Source: Diadema antillarum (taxonomy: Eukaryota). Taken from it: a DNA stretch of 64,000 bases. Positions 1-14,080 of this stretch are shown piece by piece (position 1 is the stretch's first letter; every line of letters begins with the position of its first letter). The notes beneath the pieces were generated by a model. The model saw nothing but the letters and a program-made list of their open reading frames with translations, was not told where the DNA came from and searched no databases. The position numbers and the translations under genes were made by a program. The DNA lies in assembly GCF_040938485.1 (NCBI RefSeq), contig NW_027271225.1, forward strand, positions 124,001-188,000, given 5' to 3'.

Positions 1-136
1 ACGTTCTGTTCGCTGACCCATTGAGCCAGCGCTATTCTCATTCGGGGTCACTACATTTGATGCAGAATGGGGGAGGCAGCGTGTTGCGTTCGTCTCCGTG
101 CCGCACAAACCACTCACCACGACTGAGTGTCTTTAA

Positions 137-221
137 CCCGTTGAGGACAGGCTGATTTTGCCACAACACGCATTTCCCATAGAGCCCTGCACGAGTATAC
201 TCTGGACTCATCCTCATTGGG
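137..221. mobile_element. Short piggyBac-like MITE (TTAA target; CCC...GGG ends)
   Basis: ttaa|CCCGTTGAGGAC...TCCTCATTGGG|taaa. Related copies at 9329-9936 (interrupted) and ~24614-24704. Confidence 0.65.
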
Positions 222-1754
222 TAAAGGAGTAGCTCAGATGAATGCCCATCTGACAGGTGCATAGAAACCCACCATCTCATCCTCCAAGTCTTCACAAAGA
301 GTGGTGGGAGATGCCCGAAGGGTGTCCTCCAAGAATATATCATCTCACCTTTACTCCTCGTGGCCTTCCATACAAATTCCATGACTCTTCTGACAAACAT
401 GTTTAGAAATCAGTGAACTTTTCAATACTCGTGGTGCACATTATGTGGGGGCTTCAAAACCAAAGTGCAGTTTTGGTCAAAAATGTTCATTCAAAACATT
501 GGGCTAGAATGTATTAAAAATTTCAATTCCCTCAATAGCTCATGAACTTCATCTAGACCAATTCAACTACACAGCACAGTCAACAGGGATGCCTCTGCAT
601 TTTACATGTATTTACTCAGAATATCTTTTTTTAAATGATATGTGTAACTCCCTGACCTTTAACCTTGTGGATAGGACTTCAAGCCCCTTTTAGTTTAATA
701 CTGAGGCTGTCAGTATTGGGAACATTTCCCACAAACTGAAGTACCAGTATCAAGTTGTATGAAATCTCAAGCACTGTAAACATAGTACATTATACATTAC
801 TGTAATTTTGATCACAGCATTTTAATATTCCCATTATTTCTGCAACTGTTTTTACTTTTCTGAGCTTGTTTCTTGCAAAGGCCAGTATTTCATGGAGTGT
901 CCAAACATTACCTGCCTATTTTGTGCAAGGCTTGCTCAGATGCAGACACATGCTGTAAACTTGCTGGCTCCCAATGTAAATAATGCATTCATCCTAAACT
1001 CTGTATGTCTGAGTGTGTCTATCGGTCTCTGCCTCTCTTCTCTCTTCATCTCTTTCTCTTTCACTTTTCTTCCCTTTCTCTCTTCCTATCTCTTTCCTTG
1101 TCTCCCCCTTTCTGTGTTTATTTCATCCTTGCCATCTGCATCTCTTTCTCAGACCTGCCATCTTCAACTCCCCGTGGTATAAAACCCATGGTGTCCTGTC
1201 TCAATTCATTCTACTGTATCTGTAAAACACACAAACAAAACGACATCCCTATCATTTTCCCAATCAATCAATCTGTTCATCTGATCCTGGATTCTTTCCT
1301 ACCCTCCCTGCCAGCCCTAATCCTGGAATCAAGCTGGTTACAGCCCCCCTTTGCACAAATGGTTCCCCACTGATCAATAAATGGGGGTTATAATTGCTTG
1401 CATGTCATCTTTCACTCTCAGAGAAGATTTCTAAAATTTACTCCCAAGCTCCAATGTCTCTCAGTCCCTATCATGTCTCATGTACTGCTGACTGTATAAG
1501 CTGTTACTTTCGCAAGGATTTAATTCTCAAAAATTTCACAAATCACTGTTGAACCACACATTCAACAACACACACACAAAAAAAATACCATTATGCGCTA
1601 TGGCAATAGTGCACTTACGATAGCTTCGGTGTCAATTTGCGAAAACAGCATCTTATGACGATGGCTGTGACTGACCATCCCTTTGCCATGTGACAACAGT
1701 GACATAAGTAAGAGTGCAATCACTAGGCATTGCTCCTGATAAACGATACTGATT

Positions 1755-1788
1755 TGTGTGTGTGTGTGTGTGTGCGTGTGTGTGTGTG
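1755..1788. repeat. (GT)n microsatellite
   Basis: Direct reading. Confidence 0.95.
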
Positions 1789-2582
1789 TTTCTATCCATT
1801 GACAATTTTATTATAAACATGCCATCTTGCTTCCCTTCAAATCTTGTGCTTATCATCCTCCTCATCATTGCTTTCTTTGCCTCATTATCACCGATTCATT
1901 ACCAGTACTTACATAAAAGGGCATTCACATTAGAATTACCATGGTATTTAACCCACTGTAATTCATTGTCACCATTCTCATTGGCTAAATACCTAAGTGA
2001 TAGATACCAAGGTGTTTCAGTTAGTACTGTTGTAATTCATGAAATACTGCAGTATTTCTGGACAGAAAGTACACCTCTCCAAGTTAAATACTGCGTATGT
2101 GCATATATTTTCTTCAAAGAGAATACAGGAAGTGTGTTGAGCCACTTGAGACATACATTGCTGTCTGAAGAGTGGTCTTTTTTGTGACAGATTCACACTC
2201 AAAAGTCACACGAATAATTTGCACAAAGTTTGAATCATCGTCCTAAATACATTGTACAACAGTATTTTGCGAGGTATTTCACTGTAAGTGTGAACGGGCC
2301 CTATGTTAAGCAATCTACTGAAGCAATGCACATTGTGGATGTTCTAAACTCAACATGCTGTATGCTCCCTTCTGGACAACATACATATATTGTTTCCATT
2401 CTTTTTTTTAAGATGTCTACAGCTGTCACAGTTTACATCAATTACATGTGAAAACTTTTACACTGCTTGCTCTGTGGAAACACCTATGTATTGTAAATCA
2501 CATTATGAGGAATCAGTACTGGAAAGAAACCAAAATAAAAAAAGAAAACTGCTGAATGGACAGATGACTCACAAATACATAT

Positions 2583-2829
2583 GAAGAGTTTGTTCGCAAA
2601 TACCGATAAGTCCATATTTGCCAAATGGAGATATTTGCGATTAAAGGTCAAGAAAAATAAGAGAATAATAAGAAAATTTTTGCTTCTTTTAACCATAACT
2701 TCAAAAATGTACCTTTACATGTAGTGACCAATATATCATTTAAAAGGTAATATTTTGTACTTTATGACAGAGACCATACTTCAAAATCTTCAAAAATGGA
2801 CTTAGCGGGTTTTTGCGAACAAACTCTTC
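2583..2829. mobile_element. Sola-like MITE, copy 1 (TIR GAAGAGTTTGTTCGCAAA; TSD ATAT)
   Basis: TIRs plus a perfect 4-bp TSD; same family as 2926-3266 and 51752-51998. Confidence 0.75.
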
Positions 2830-2925
2830 ATATATATGGAACGTATTTAAAAATATAACAAATACATAGTCATATGTTTGTTGGAGTGGTGTTGTGAGTA
2901 GGGCCAAGGGACTCCAGTTTGATGT

Positions 2926-3266
2926 GAAGAGTTTGATCGCAAAAACCGATAAGTCCATTTTTAAAGATTTTGAAGTACGGTCTCTGTCATAAGGTACAAA
3001 ATAATACCTTTTAAATGATATATCGGTCATTACATAATTCGTCGGTTGAGAATGATAAGGGCGTTAAGTTGCCACAAAACCCATAGTGTTCAAGACAACT
3101 TAACGCCCTTCTCATTCTCAACAGACAATATAAAGGTACATTTTTGAAGTTATGGTCAAAAGAAGCAAACATTTTCTTATTATTCTCTTTATTTTTCTTG
3201 ACCTTTAATCACAAATATCTCCATTTGGCAAATATGGACTTATCGCTTTTTGCGAACAAACTCTTC
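2926..3266. mobile_element. Sola-like MITE, copy 2 (inverted; TSD ATGT), with nested ~93-bp palindromic insertion at 3037-3129
   Basis: Inverted copy of 2583-2829 with extra sequence whose arms GTTGAGAATGA..AAGGGCGTTAAGTTG and CAACTTAACGCCCTT..TCATTCTCAAC are inverted repeats. Confidence 0.75.
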
Positions 3267-3271
3267 ATGTC

Positions 3272-3362
3272 TAACCCCTTGTGTGCTTTGAGTGATGATT
3301 AACACAGAAAACCCCATAGCTTTGTACACTCTGTCTAAAGTCCCTGGCACAGAAAGGGTTAA
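3272..3362. mobile_element. Short piggyBac-like MITE
   Basis: taacCCCTTGTGTGC...GCACAGAAAGGGttaa; related copy at ~18882-18971. Confidence 0.55.
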
Positions 3363-4399
3363 GAGTGACATCTCACCACATCAGGACATGCATGCAACAC
3401 TAGAAATCCAACCAAGCACAAACATATCTGGGACAACCATATGACATTTCTGCCACGAACGAGCAGAGATGTCTCCTTTTAATAACAGTGAAAACAACAC
3501 ATCACAAACCCCATAATGTTAATACCACCCCACCTAGAGAGATCTTATGAAGACAGATGTAGAGAGTGCAGCACTTCATTGAAAAAGCCAAAACGTCTTG
3601 ATGAAATCAGACAAACAATAAATGTCTTTTTAAAGGTCATAGCATCCAAGATCCTTACTACAGGCTGTATACATGTATAAAGCAATATTTTTTTTTTCAT
3701 CTGTAGCAGCAGCAAACATGTAACTGTGAATTGTTTATAGCTACAACCATGCTGATTCTCGAAGAAACAATTTGTATGACGGTGGAAGATATGTCTTGCA
3801 GCAAAAGATGGCCAAACCAGACATTGAGTGAGAGCTTATTGTAAGCATGGTGTGCCCCAGGGTGATTTGGGGAGGAAATTGCCAGGACAGATCATAATCC
3901 ACCCACTACTGGAGGATTGAAATGCAAATTGATGTGTTCATATCTATGGAAGAGGAATTATTATTGCCAGCCTAGACTGCAACATCCAGATTTAATGTGC
4001 TTTGGGTGGTTCGTTGAAATACATATTCACACATTCTGTAGGTTCAGACGAGGAAAAATCTCCTGGAAAAAACAAACTTGCCAATTTAACACTGTTTATT
4101 TCACTAACTTCATCTTGAGACCACACATTAGATTTTCATTCCTTTCAATTCATTCATTTCATTTGGTTCAGGTTATTCTGTAAAAACTGAGCCAATACTG
4201 ATGATATATACGCATTTTGTAAGATGACTTCTGTTCTACGGCATAATTTGGAAAAGACAGAAAAAAAAATTGTGGCATCTCTAAAAACATAAGGAAAATA
4301 TAATTCAAATTTCCTCACTTACATTGATAGAAAAATACTCCAACAACAAAAAAGCTACTCACTTATAAATGCACAAAGAGGTCAATTTGGTTATAAAAA

Positions 4400-4405
<6 letters not shown>

Positions 4406-4469
<64 letters not shown>
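4406..4469. repeat. (TA)n microsatellite
   Basis: Direct reading. Confidence 0.95.
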
Positions 4470-4471
<2 letters not shown>

Positions 4472-4760
4472 TTCCCATAATACTACACATAATATAATTC
4501 ATTACTTAGGAATTTGTAAGATGATTTTGCTAGAGGTTGAGTTCATCATCAAGAATCAAAATGGTAGAAAGAGAAAGACACAATGTCACTTTTCAAGAGT
4601 TAATACACAATGCATTTATGTCACAGGGGGTAATATGTTTGTGATTAGATAATTTTGCCAATATTCCGCTTGAAAAACTCATGAAAGTAAGAAAAACATT
4701 GGAAAATGTACGACATATAAACAAATGCACAGACATGCAGAGAACCTTGGGAGAATTAAA

Positions 4761-4824
4761 TATAAGAGAAAAACACTGGAAAAAGGGAATTAGATATAAG
4801 AGAAAAACACTGGAAAAAGGGAAT
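4761..4824. repeat. Tandem duplication, 34-bp period
   Basis: TATAAGAGAAAAACACTGGAAAAAGGGAAT occurs twice in tandem. Confidence 0.9.
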
Positions 4825-6671
4825 ACTAGTCCTCAAGGCTAATCCTGCAAGATTTGATATCAGATTTAGCAAGCAATTCTAAGTAGATTGGGAATTCTCG
4901 TTGCTAGATTTGGCCACTGCCAGTGATGGCTCTGTTATGATGAATGACATTAGATGCAATGGGTTCAACATCACGATGTTAATTAATATACGACTCATTA
5001 AGCTTTATGAATATGATTGTTGATTAATGAGATTAAAAGGGAGTACATAGCCATGTACTGCCTGTCTCATAGCTTCCACTGTTGTTTGAGTAATTTGCCA
5101 AACAATATGATAATGACTATACATACTATGACATTATGACACAAACTATAAATAACATAAAATCATACATCCAGTGTATATCATTATTTTCAAGGCTGCA
5201 TGATGCTTGTATTTCAAAACAGTTTGTAAAATTTTGTAAATCAGGCTTACTGATATTCCCATACAATGTATTACAATATTCAACATAATTATTCCTACAT
5301 AAAAAGCACTGGCACTGTAACTAAATAACATATATCTTATCACTGAAATAATATCTAGCCCACACAGTTATTTCCTTCAAAATATTTCTGAATATCATGT
5401 GAAAAGAATTTGCTCTGAAAGAAGCTTCTCCGCACAATCTGTAGTGTCTTGGCAACTATCAATATCTCCTACCATGTAATGAAATGATATAAAGTTTCCA
5501 ATACACTCCATGATTTATTTGCCATTTATACAGTTCTCTGCTGACCTAGCTCAGGAGAAAAAAAAAATATATATATATCTGAAAATTGCTTGCTACTATC
5601 ACAGTTCAAAACATCCATGGCATGGTCCCTTTCAGCTTTTAGTGAGGACAGACAGATGAAGGTTATTTCCTTCCATATCAATAGAAAGATCCTTGCCTAC
5701 CCATGGTGTGCATTTGAAGTGAATATCAAATAAAGCATCATGTAGAAACATATGACTCGGTTTGTATTCATGTGCAATACAATGGAGAAGCCTTCATTCT
5801 TTGTTAGCATGTGAAAGTATCAAACAGAGTCACTATTTTCCATTACTGGGCACAAACACCATCAGTATAACACACACCAATCACAGCATCTTGAATGTAC
5901 ACTATTTGATCTATGCTTGTGTAAAGTAAACACAGCTGTAGTTTTTCCTCATCCTCCATGGGATACATGTGTGACTCACATTAATGATTGAAGACATTTT
6001 GTACGAGAAGGTACATACTGTACCCCCTTGTGTTGAAAAAGTTTATCCAAGGTGCTTTAGAGGATTAGAATAATAATATGGTATATCTGTATCTATTGTT
6101 TGAATTACATGCATCTTTTTGTATTTTTGCATTATTTTGGATTAAATATTAATTTTCCAATAAACTGTGCACTTATAAACATCCGTATTAAGCGCCTAAT
6201 AAATGTATTGTATTTAGCTTAGAACAGCCAGATATTTGACATCATCTTCCACATATGATATGCCATTCACAATCATACTGGATTTTGTTTGTTTGTTTGT
6301 TTGTTTGTTTGTTGTTTTTTGTTGTTGTTTGTTTTGGAAAGCCTCAGGATATAGTTTGGAAAGTATATTGTGGTAAAATCTTTATTCCCAAATACATCAT
6401 AGTCAACCCTTTTAGACTGGCAGAGAACTCATGAATAAAAATGTTTACAGGGCCAGCGGAATTACTTGAAATAAACAGAATGAAACTTTTGAGAGCGGTA
6501 AGGTCTTTGTTTTCGCGCAGGAGACCTTTTTTTTTTTTTCGCTGCTTGTCAGCTGAAGAAACCTGGAAGTGGCACCCAATGTTGCACTGATGGCTTTTTT
6601 GTTTTGTTTTTCTTTTCTTTTCCTAGCTTGTTAGCTCATGAAACATAAAACATCAAACATAACATTAAACA

Positions 6672-6744
6672 TAACCCTAACCCTGATCCTAATCCTCACA
6701 TCAAACTAAAGCTAAAACTTTATATCACAACCCTAACCCTAACC
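6672..6744. repeat. Degenerate (CCCTAA)n telomere-like motifs
   Basis: taaccctaaccc...aaccctaaccctaacc. Confidence 0.55.
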
Positions 6745-6903
6745 AAGTCATAGGAGAAAATAAGACTGGAGTAATTCTTGCAGGAGCAAATGTTGTGTCA
6801 CTGTATATGATAACATGTTGAGAAATGTGTTTCAGAAATGTGATCACTATCGAGTTGTCTTGTTTGTGTGAATCCCCTCCTTGGTGATCTTCCATGACGT
6901 TAA

Positions 6904-7471
6904 AGGACAAGTTCACCTTCATAAACATAAGGATTGAGAGAATGTAGCAATATTAGCAGAACACATCAGTGAAAGTTTGAGGAAAATCGGACAATCCGTT
7001 CAAAAGTTACGAATTTTTGAAGTCTTTGTGCAGTAACCGCTGGATGAGAAGACTACTGCAGTGTGTGAAAAACTTAGATGTCACATGCGTACAACAATAT
7101 AAGGAAAATGTAAAGAGAATTTCACAAAATTTCATCTTATGAAAAAAGTACACATTCCCCCGACTCGTTACCGACAAATGTTATGGGTAATATTATTCCC
7201 CCTGCCTTTAGAAAGAGGCAAGTCAAGTGCTCTTTTATTATGCGAAAAAAGTGAAAATATGTTGAATTTTCTTTATATTTTCTTTATACTGTTGTACGCA
7301 TATGACTCACAAGCTGTAGTAGTCTCCTCATCCAGCGGTTCCAAAACAGAAATTTTAAAAATTCATAACTTTTGCATCGATTGTTCAATTTTCCTCAAAC
7401 TTTCACTGATGTGTTCTACTAATATTGTTGCATTCTCTCAATCCTTATGTTTATGAAGGTGAACTTGTCCT
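6904..7471. mobile_element. Kolobok-like non-autonomous DNA transposon (TTAA TSD, TIR AGGACAAGTTCACCTTCATA)
   Basis: Long TIRs flanked by TTAA on both sides, with RR...YY termini. Second copy at 11515-12076. Confidence 0.75.
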
Positions 7472-9033
7472 TTAATGGAGCTCAAAGAGACTCTCTCAAT
7501 GGCGGCATACAGGAAAAAGGGGAACAACTTTGACAACCGATTCAATACCTCCAACTCTTGTCATATGTTTGATCTTCTTGTATTAATTCATTCTAGATAT
7601 GCCGAAGATCATGAGAGTATTGATGCACCTTGCACCTAATGACACCAACATCAAAGTACTCATTACAAGTAGGGTCATTAGGCACACATTATGGAGCACA
7701 GAAAATTAGATTCCGCGGCACTGAAAAGAAAAACACCTTTCACAGAGCAACATCTCCATATGCTGGTAATAACGCATGACAGCCATCATAAACACCATGT
7801 TAAAAAAAACTTGATCTCAAGGTCGTTCTTAATGGCGGATTATTGTTAGTTGTATGAATATGTTTTGATATAAACAGTGTAAATCCTACTTGAAATATAA
7901 CTTAATTCTGTGCAAAACAGAAAAACACTCATAAAAGAGAAATCTTTGTGGACCAGACAAGCATGAACAGAAAAGTTTGTGTCAGAAAACTTGCCTCAAA
8001 ATTGTACACATGGAAATGAGTAATTTATGGTAATGGACTGTAATGAACAAGACAATTATTTGGGCTGGATAAAATCCAATGATTTTGGTGGTGATCACAT
8101 TTCAGTCTCTGTCCTACTTGTAATGCAATCAATATCTCACTTTATCCGTGACACACAATTTTTTTTGTCACATGACTGTGAAGGAAACACTCAAAATGGC
8201 AAAATTTTTTGGTGGTTTGACAAAATCTGTGCCACATCCTTGACATCACAATTTCCATGACCAGCATTGTTACTTATTTGCCTTAGTTACTCTCTGGCCT
8301 TCAAACAATAAACCTGCATTCTGCCTGGTTTCTTGTGTGGGTGGGTATGTCGGTTTACTTCCCTAACTCTAAATATGTTGGTTTAATCATTTGTCTGTTC
8401 TGATGTCATGACACTTTTCAGTGAGCTTCATTCACTCCCACAAACATGCCCCCTCCTCATTTTTTTTTTGCACAATACATAGGAATACAGTGGGTGTAAC
8501 CACGTGCCCCCCCCCCCCCCCCCGAAAGTGGCACCACAAAGACATAGAATGTGGTTGAACTCTTGCCAGTTGCACATCTTCTTTTTTTTCTTTTATTTTT
8601 TTTTTCTATGCTTGTCAGGTGAAGAAACCCAGAAGTGGAATCAGACAGAAAGTTGCACTGAAAAACTTTTTTTTTTTTGCTTCTTAGCTGATGAAACCCG
8701 GAAGTGGCATCAGAAATATAAAGTGGGTCCCCCACTTTTGAAAACGTGGCGCCGGCCATGCTCCTAACCCTATTAATGCCATCAGTAACTCATTTGCATA
8801 CTGGCAGGGTTAAAGAAGACACACCAGCCATTGAAGGTTTAGTGTTCCCTTGCATTAACCCCATCAAAGCCAAATGCCAGACTATCACACATACAAAACC
8901 AGTGGCATTCTAGACATTTAGTCCTAAGGTTTCCACCGATACCAACATTACATCTACATTGGCAGACTGGAAATGAAACAAGTACGCCTATCTTACTCCA
9001 TATCTTATTTGTTTTATACCACACAAAGGCATG

Positions 9034-9258
9034 CTGTATATGCCATATATTTAGCGAGTCTACATTTTTGCGAATCAGGACTTCATGACGATTTTGCAAG
9101 TGGTGAAATTCGCGATAGTGGAGTACTGTACTGAACGGAGAAATGTATACGCGTGTTCGTCACATCCATATCGGGATCAGAGTCATTATTTTCTCATGTC
9201 TTTAATTTTGCAAATAACACCTGACTCGAGAAATTCGCGAAATATTTGGCGTACACAG
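9034..9258. mobile_element. Tc1/mariner-type MITE (CTGTA...TACAG ends, TA target)
   Basis: CTGTATATGCCATATATT...AATATTTGGCGTACACAG|ta with internal TTCGCGAA motifs. Confidence 0.6.
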
Positions 9259-9328
9259 TATCATGTTTTCTTTCATGAATGACACTCCAACTATAACACC
9301 ACCCCAAAGGTAAAAGTTAACCTTTTAA

Positions 9329-9936
9329 CCTGTTGAAGACGGACTGATTTTCCTATGACACGCATTTCCCGTTTACCCCAGCCAGAGAATACTGTATACG
9401 CTATAATTTTCGCGTACATAAATTTTCGCGAATTGCCGCTGTCACACATTTTAGCGAGTGGTTAAATTCGCGATTGGGGGACCAGAGAATATATGAAGTG
9501 GCAAAGAAAGTGTGAATTTTCAACTTACTAGCAAATAAGAATGATACTAGTTATACACTGCATGAAAAAAACTTACCAAACTCTGCGAACTAGTAAGTTA
9601 GAATTCAACATTTTTGAAGTGGTTAAGTCCATCGCGCTAGATTTCTGACGAGTGGTCCCCTTGCGATAATGGCCATGGCTCTCTAACGTTACAGTATTCG
9701 TAAGTAGATGTGGACGTGCGTAAACAAGCTTAGCCAGTATGGTCTGTTCGGTAAGCCGTGACATGGTATACTAGTACTGAAATGTTCGTATCATCAAGGC
9801 AAGGGATTCATTTTGGAAGGTAATATTTTCGCGTGTTGTTAATTTCGCGAATAGCTCCCGACTCGCGAAATTCGCGAAAATAAAACCCCCGTGAAATATA
9901 TAGCGTATACAGTACTCAGGACTAGTCTTCAATGGG
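9329..9936. mobile_element. piggyBac-like MITE interrupted by a Tc1/mariner-type MITE (9392-9912)
   Basis: Removing ta|CTGTATACGC...GCGTATACAG|ta restores the 137-221 family sequence. Confidence 0.7.
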
Positions 9937-11514
9937 TTGTCAATGGAGAGTGGAAGAACTCTTGAAAATGAATGCTACCAATTTATGGTTAGTACAGTAG
10001 AGTCAAGTTCAAGTTACTTAGACTTTATAGTGTAGAAAAGTTGTTCCTAAAAATGACTGAGATCTGTGGATGATAACACATGGCTGTCACATTCATGGCA
10101 GACTTCATCTTTGACCTGTCCAGTTGGTCAAGCACTTTGGATCACACCATGACCAGACATTGGTATTAATACCATGACTAAAAGAAATATGAGACAATTA
10201 GCTGTCTTTATAGCTACCCTCAGAATCCCCACGGTTCCTCCACGAGGAATTGGGTTGCATGATATTGGGTAATTTGATATATCTTAATGACATAACAGCA
10301 CGAACATACATTTCCCTCTATGAGTTTGCATTTGTTTATTCTTGTCTGCCTTGGTTTTAATTCTTTTTAATTGTCACAGCATAATGGTAACCCTCATTTT
10401 TAAATAAACACAGGGAGACTCAGACAGAAAGAGCTCCATTGTAATTAATATTGCATGAAAGTTCATTCAGTCTGACATTTTCACTGCTTCCACCTATCAT
10501 TGTTGAAATGTGTAAAAACCATCTGAAGAACAAATACCATTGATCTGCCCTCCTATAGACAAACAAAATTTGACCAAAAGAAATAACAATTATCAAGAAA
10601 ACATGTGAATTCCAGCTCAAAATACTAGCCAGACATTCAAAAAGTTTATCTTTTGAAACACCTGTATTTCCATAAAAGGCTTGGAAGTGAAACAAGACTA
10701 AATTGAGATTTTGCTGACAGAGCGTCATAATAGCAACAGATCAGTCAAATTTATCCCTTTCAGCAAAAATACATCAACAGGTATGAATGTCAATATCTGA
10801 ATTCATTGCAGCAGGTCATATTAACATGGCAGTCAAGTAGACCATGGTGTACTGAAAGCACATACCGTAATCTAATTCATCTGACATGGGTTACATGATA
10901 GGCCTATTGATGCATGAAATACAGGGCCAACCCTTCGGACTGTTCATACAACCTCTCATCAGTCGGCACCCAATATCTAATGCTTCCTTGCAAACAATAG
11001 TTAATATCCCACTGGAGTCATAGCTGATAAAATGACTACTATCATATCTGACAGTAAGAAGGAGTGTCACACTTCTTGTCATGCTAATGATAAACATTTA
11101 TGCTCCTGTATGTCATAACGTTCTGATCACACAGGATCCTCTAGCAAGATTTGAGAATCACAGCGAGAACATTTTTTCTTTAAACTTCATTCAGCATTCG
11201 TGTTCAAAGTACCAAGGAATTCAATTCTCTGGAGGAAAGAAAAAATAGAAATCCTGCTCAGAATGAAAATGCACAATGCCTGAAAATTTATGTGTTAACA
11301 AAGTATGTCCCACCTGACATTTCTGTGATAACAGGAAAAAGTCCAGTGAAATTGTGGTCATGAAGATTGATTTCCTCTGGACAATTTTGACAAATTGTTT
11401 CATGAAATCAACTAGTCTAGATTTCATTTTATAGTACATTGTATGTCTGCCAGGCCAGTGCACATGCCCCTTATACATCATTATGAATCTGTGTTGGTTC
11501 AAAACAACTATTAA

Positions 11515-12076
11515 AGGACAAGTTCACCTTCATAGACATGTGGGTTGAGTGAATGCAGCAATATTAGTAGAACACATCAGTGAAAGTTTGAGCAAAATCG
11601 GACAATCCGTTCAAAAGTTATGAATTTTTTAAGTTTCTGCTCAGTCACTGCTGGATGAAAAGACTACTATATAGCTTGTGATTTCACATGAGTACAACGA
11701 TATAAAGAAAGAATACGGAAAATTCAACATATTTCCATTTTTCTCGCATAACAAAATAACGCTTGACTTCTCTCTTTCAGAAGGTAGGGGGAATAATACT
11801 ACCCTTAACATACGTCAGTAGCAAGTCGAAGAAATGTACACTTTATTCAAAAAGTAAAGTTTTGTGAAATTCTCTTTATTATTTTCCTTATATAGTTGTA
11901 CGCATGTGACATCATACACTGTAGTAGTCTTCTCTTCCAGCAGCGACTGCGCAGATACTTAAAATATTCATAACTTTTGAATGGATTGTCCAATTTCCCT
12001 CACACTTTCACTGATATGTTCTGCTAATATTGCTGCATTCTCTCAATCCTTATGTATATGAAGGTGGACTTGTCCT
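11515..12076. mobile_element. Kolobok-like element, second copy in opposite orientation
   Basis: Same TIRs and TTAA TSD; the central segment is the reverse complement of that in 6904-7471. Confidence 0.75.
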
Positions 12077-13997
12077 TTAACCTGTCTGGTAAATGAGATT
12101 TACAGCGGAATGAATTATTGATTTGAACTAAAAAGTAGGCCTACTTTGCAGGTAAGGATAGAAACATCTCACAGTGGGGATTGGCTATTTGAAACACAGC
12201 ATTTTGTCACTGCCCTTTGGTTTTTCACTTGTTTGTGCAGTTGGCAGCCATATTGGATTTTGTTTGGTTGGTTTCTATGTTTCTATTAATCTGAGTGACC
12301 CATATTTGCATACACCAACTGAGCATTTCACAACCTCCAGAAAGCATGCTGAGTGTGGAAATCTATGGGGGGAGAATAAATACACAATGCACCACCAGGG
12401 TCAAATCATCAACTTTATGAAATTATGTCAGATCTTTTAAGATGAAAATAAAATCACAACTGATGAAGTACTCTGTGTTAAGTCAACACTTCGCCCATAT
12501 CATGTAGATCTACCATTTACTTTGCAATTCTCAAGCTAACAATATGAGACCAATGTCCAATGAAAGACATACTTGTCTAAGCCTGGCTCTTGCTTAGGCT
12601 CCACCCCATACTCTAACTTGATCAGTTTGATCTGCAGTTAGATTTGGTAAAAAAAAAATAAATGAATAAAAAAAACACACATTGAGGTATACCATGTATA
12701 TCATAAACACCTATTTATCAATATTGTACAATTATTTGCACTTTTAATGAATGTTATAAACTCACAAAAAGACAAAGAGGATAATAAGTTGATCTATTGG
12801 TAGAGAGTATTGTATCCTCCTCCACTGCCATGTAGCATGACTGGAACATCCTTGATAGGTTTTGTCAGTCATATAATTACATTTTAAATCTCCACAAATG
12901 AAAAAATAGTATCAGTGCATGACATATATTTAAAGGACCGCTTTGAGTTGACTTTTAATCTCAAATTAAACTCTGCACGACATGCAAATAAACCAAGTGG
13001 TAGGTTTGCCCTTCCTGCTGTTTTTGATTTTTGGGTCTCACTGTCATTTTTTCCATCTAATTCACCTTATGGAATTGACTACCAAACTCTCCAAATCATA
13101 TATTTGTGATGATTTCCCACAGCTTCGTCTGGCCTTTAAGGTAAAGATATCCACCTCTCAAGCTGAGGATCTTTAACACCACCCAAATCTACCCATCTTC
13201 TTTGACATTGCTAGCATACCCTCATGGCTGGACCCAGTCTGAACCTTGCCTATCACTCCCCTTGCCCTAATAGATAAGGATTAATTGGACATATCTGGTA
13301 TCTCTCTCCCTCTCTTTCCCTCTCTCTTTCATATTTCTCATACCTATTTAACTCTGTCAATCTCTCCCTCTCCCCACCATTCTTCATTTCAGTATCTCTC
13401 ATACCTATAATCTATCTTTCTAACTTTTTGTTCATCTCCCTCACATCTCTTCCCTCCCCCATCTCTCTCTCTCTCTCCCTTCCGTCCCCCCCCCCCCCCC
13501 ACATCTCTCTGTTTCTGGTAATCTATAGGTTTGTCTGTGTACAGATTCATCCATGTGACCATTTGTCATTGATTACATCTATCAGTTCATGTTCTTCTCG
13601 GTCCATTCTTCCGTCTTATCTTCCTCTCAAATCTAGTCATCAGTTTACTATTCTATCATATCTAGCACTCTGTTTTTGATACATTCTGATGCAATTGTGC
13701 ATGTCTCTTGTTTGGATTTCCCATAAACATTGATTTAGATTTATTGATCCCTCCACCCCCCTTTCCCTGGAACCGAAGGCCTTTTTTTTTCTTTTCTTTT
13801 TTGCAGCATGAAATTTTCATGAATTGCCACTGGCATTCATTGCATAATATTATAGTGTAGATACCGGTAGAAACTTTCACGTGCATTTTAATTTCGTAAA
13901 ATCTTGGCTGTTGCGAAATCAAAATGCACACAAACATTTCTGGTTTTACAGAAGGTAACTTCTACTATCTCCTCCTTTTAGACTCTGTGATTTCACA

Positions 13998-14000
<3 letters not shown>

Positions 14001-14056
<56 letters not shown>
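14001..14056. repeat. (CA)n microsatellite
   Basis: Direct reading. Confidence 0.95.
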
Positions 14057-14057
<1 letters not shown>

Positions 14058-14080
14058 TATTACACATAATGTAAAACCAG

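Noticed and set aside
38-400. 120-aa ORF or exon with YGRPR-like motif
   Set aside because: Runs through a MITE; the short YGRPR match is in a frame that stops shortly after and is likely chance.
892-2187. ORF-track entries of 70-143 aa
   Set aside because: Driven by CT-rich and (GT)n low-complexity sequence; no recognisable domain.
12140-12160. Plus-strand YAG|GTAAG sites (12152, 28257, 48056)
   Set aside because: No supporting plus-strand exons; such motifs are expected by chance in AT-rich DNA.
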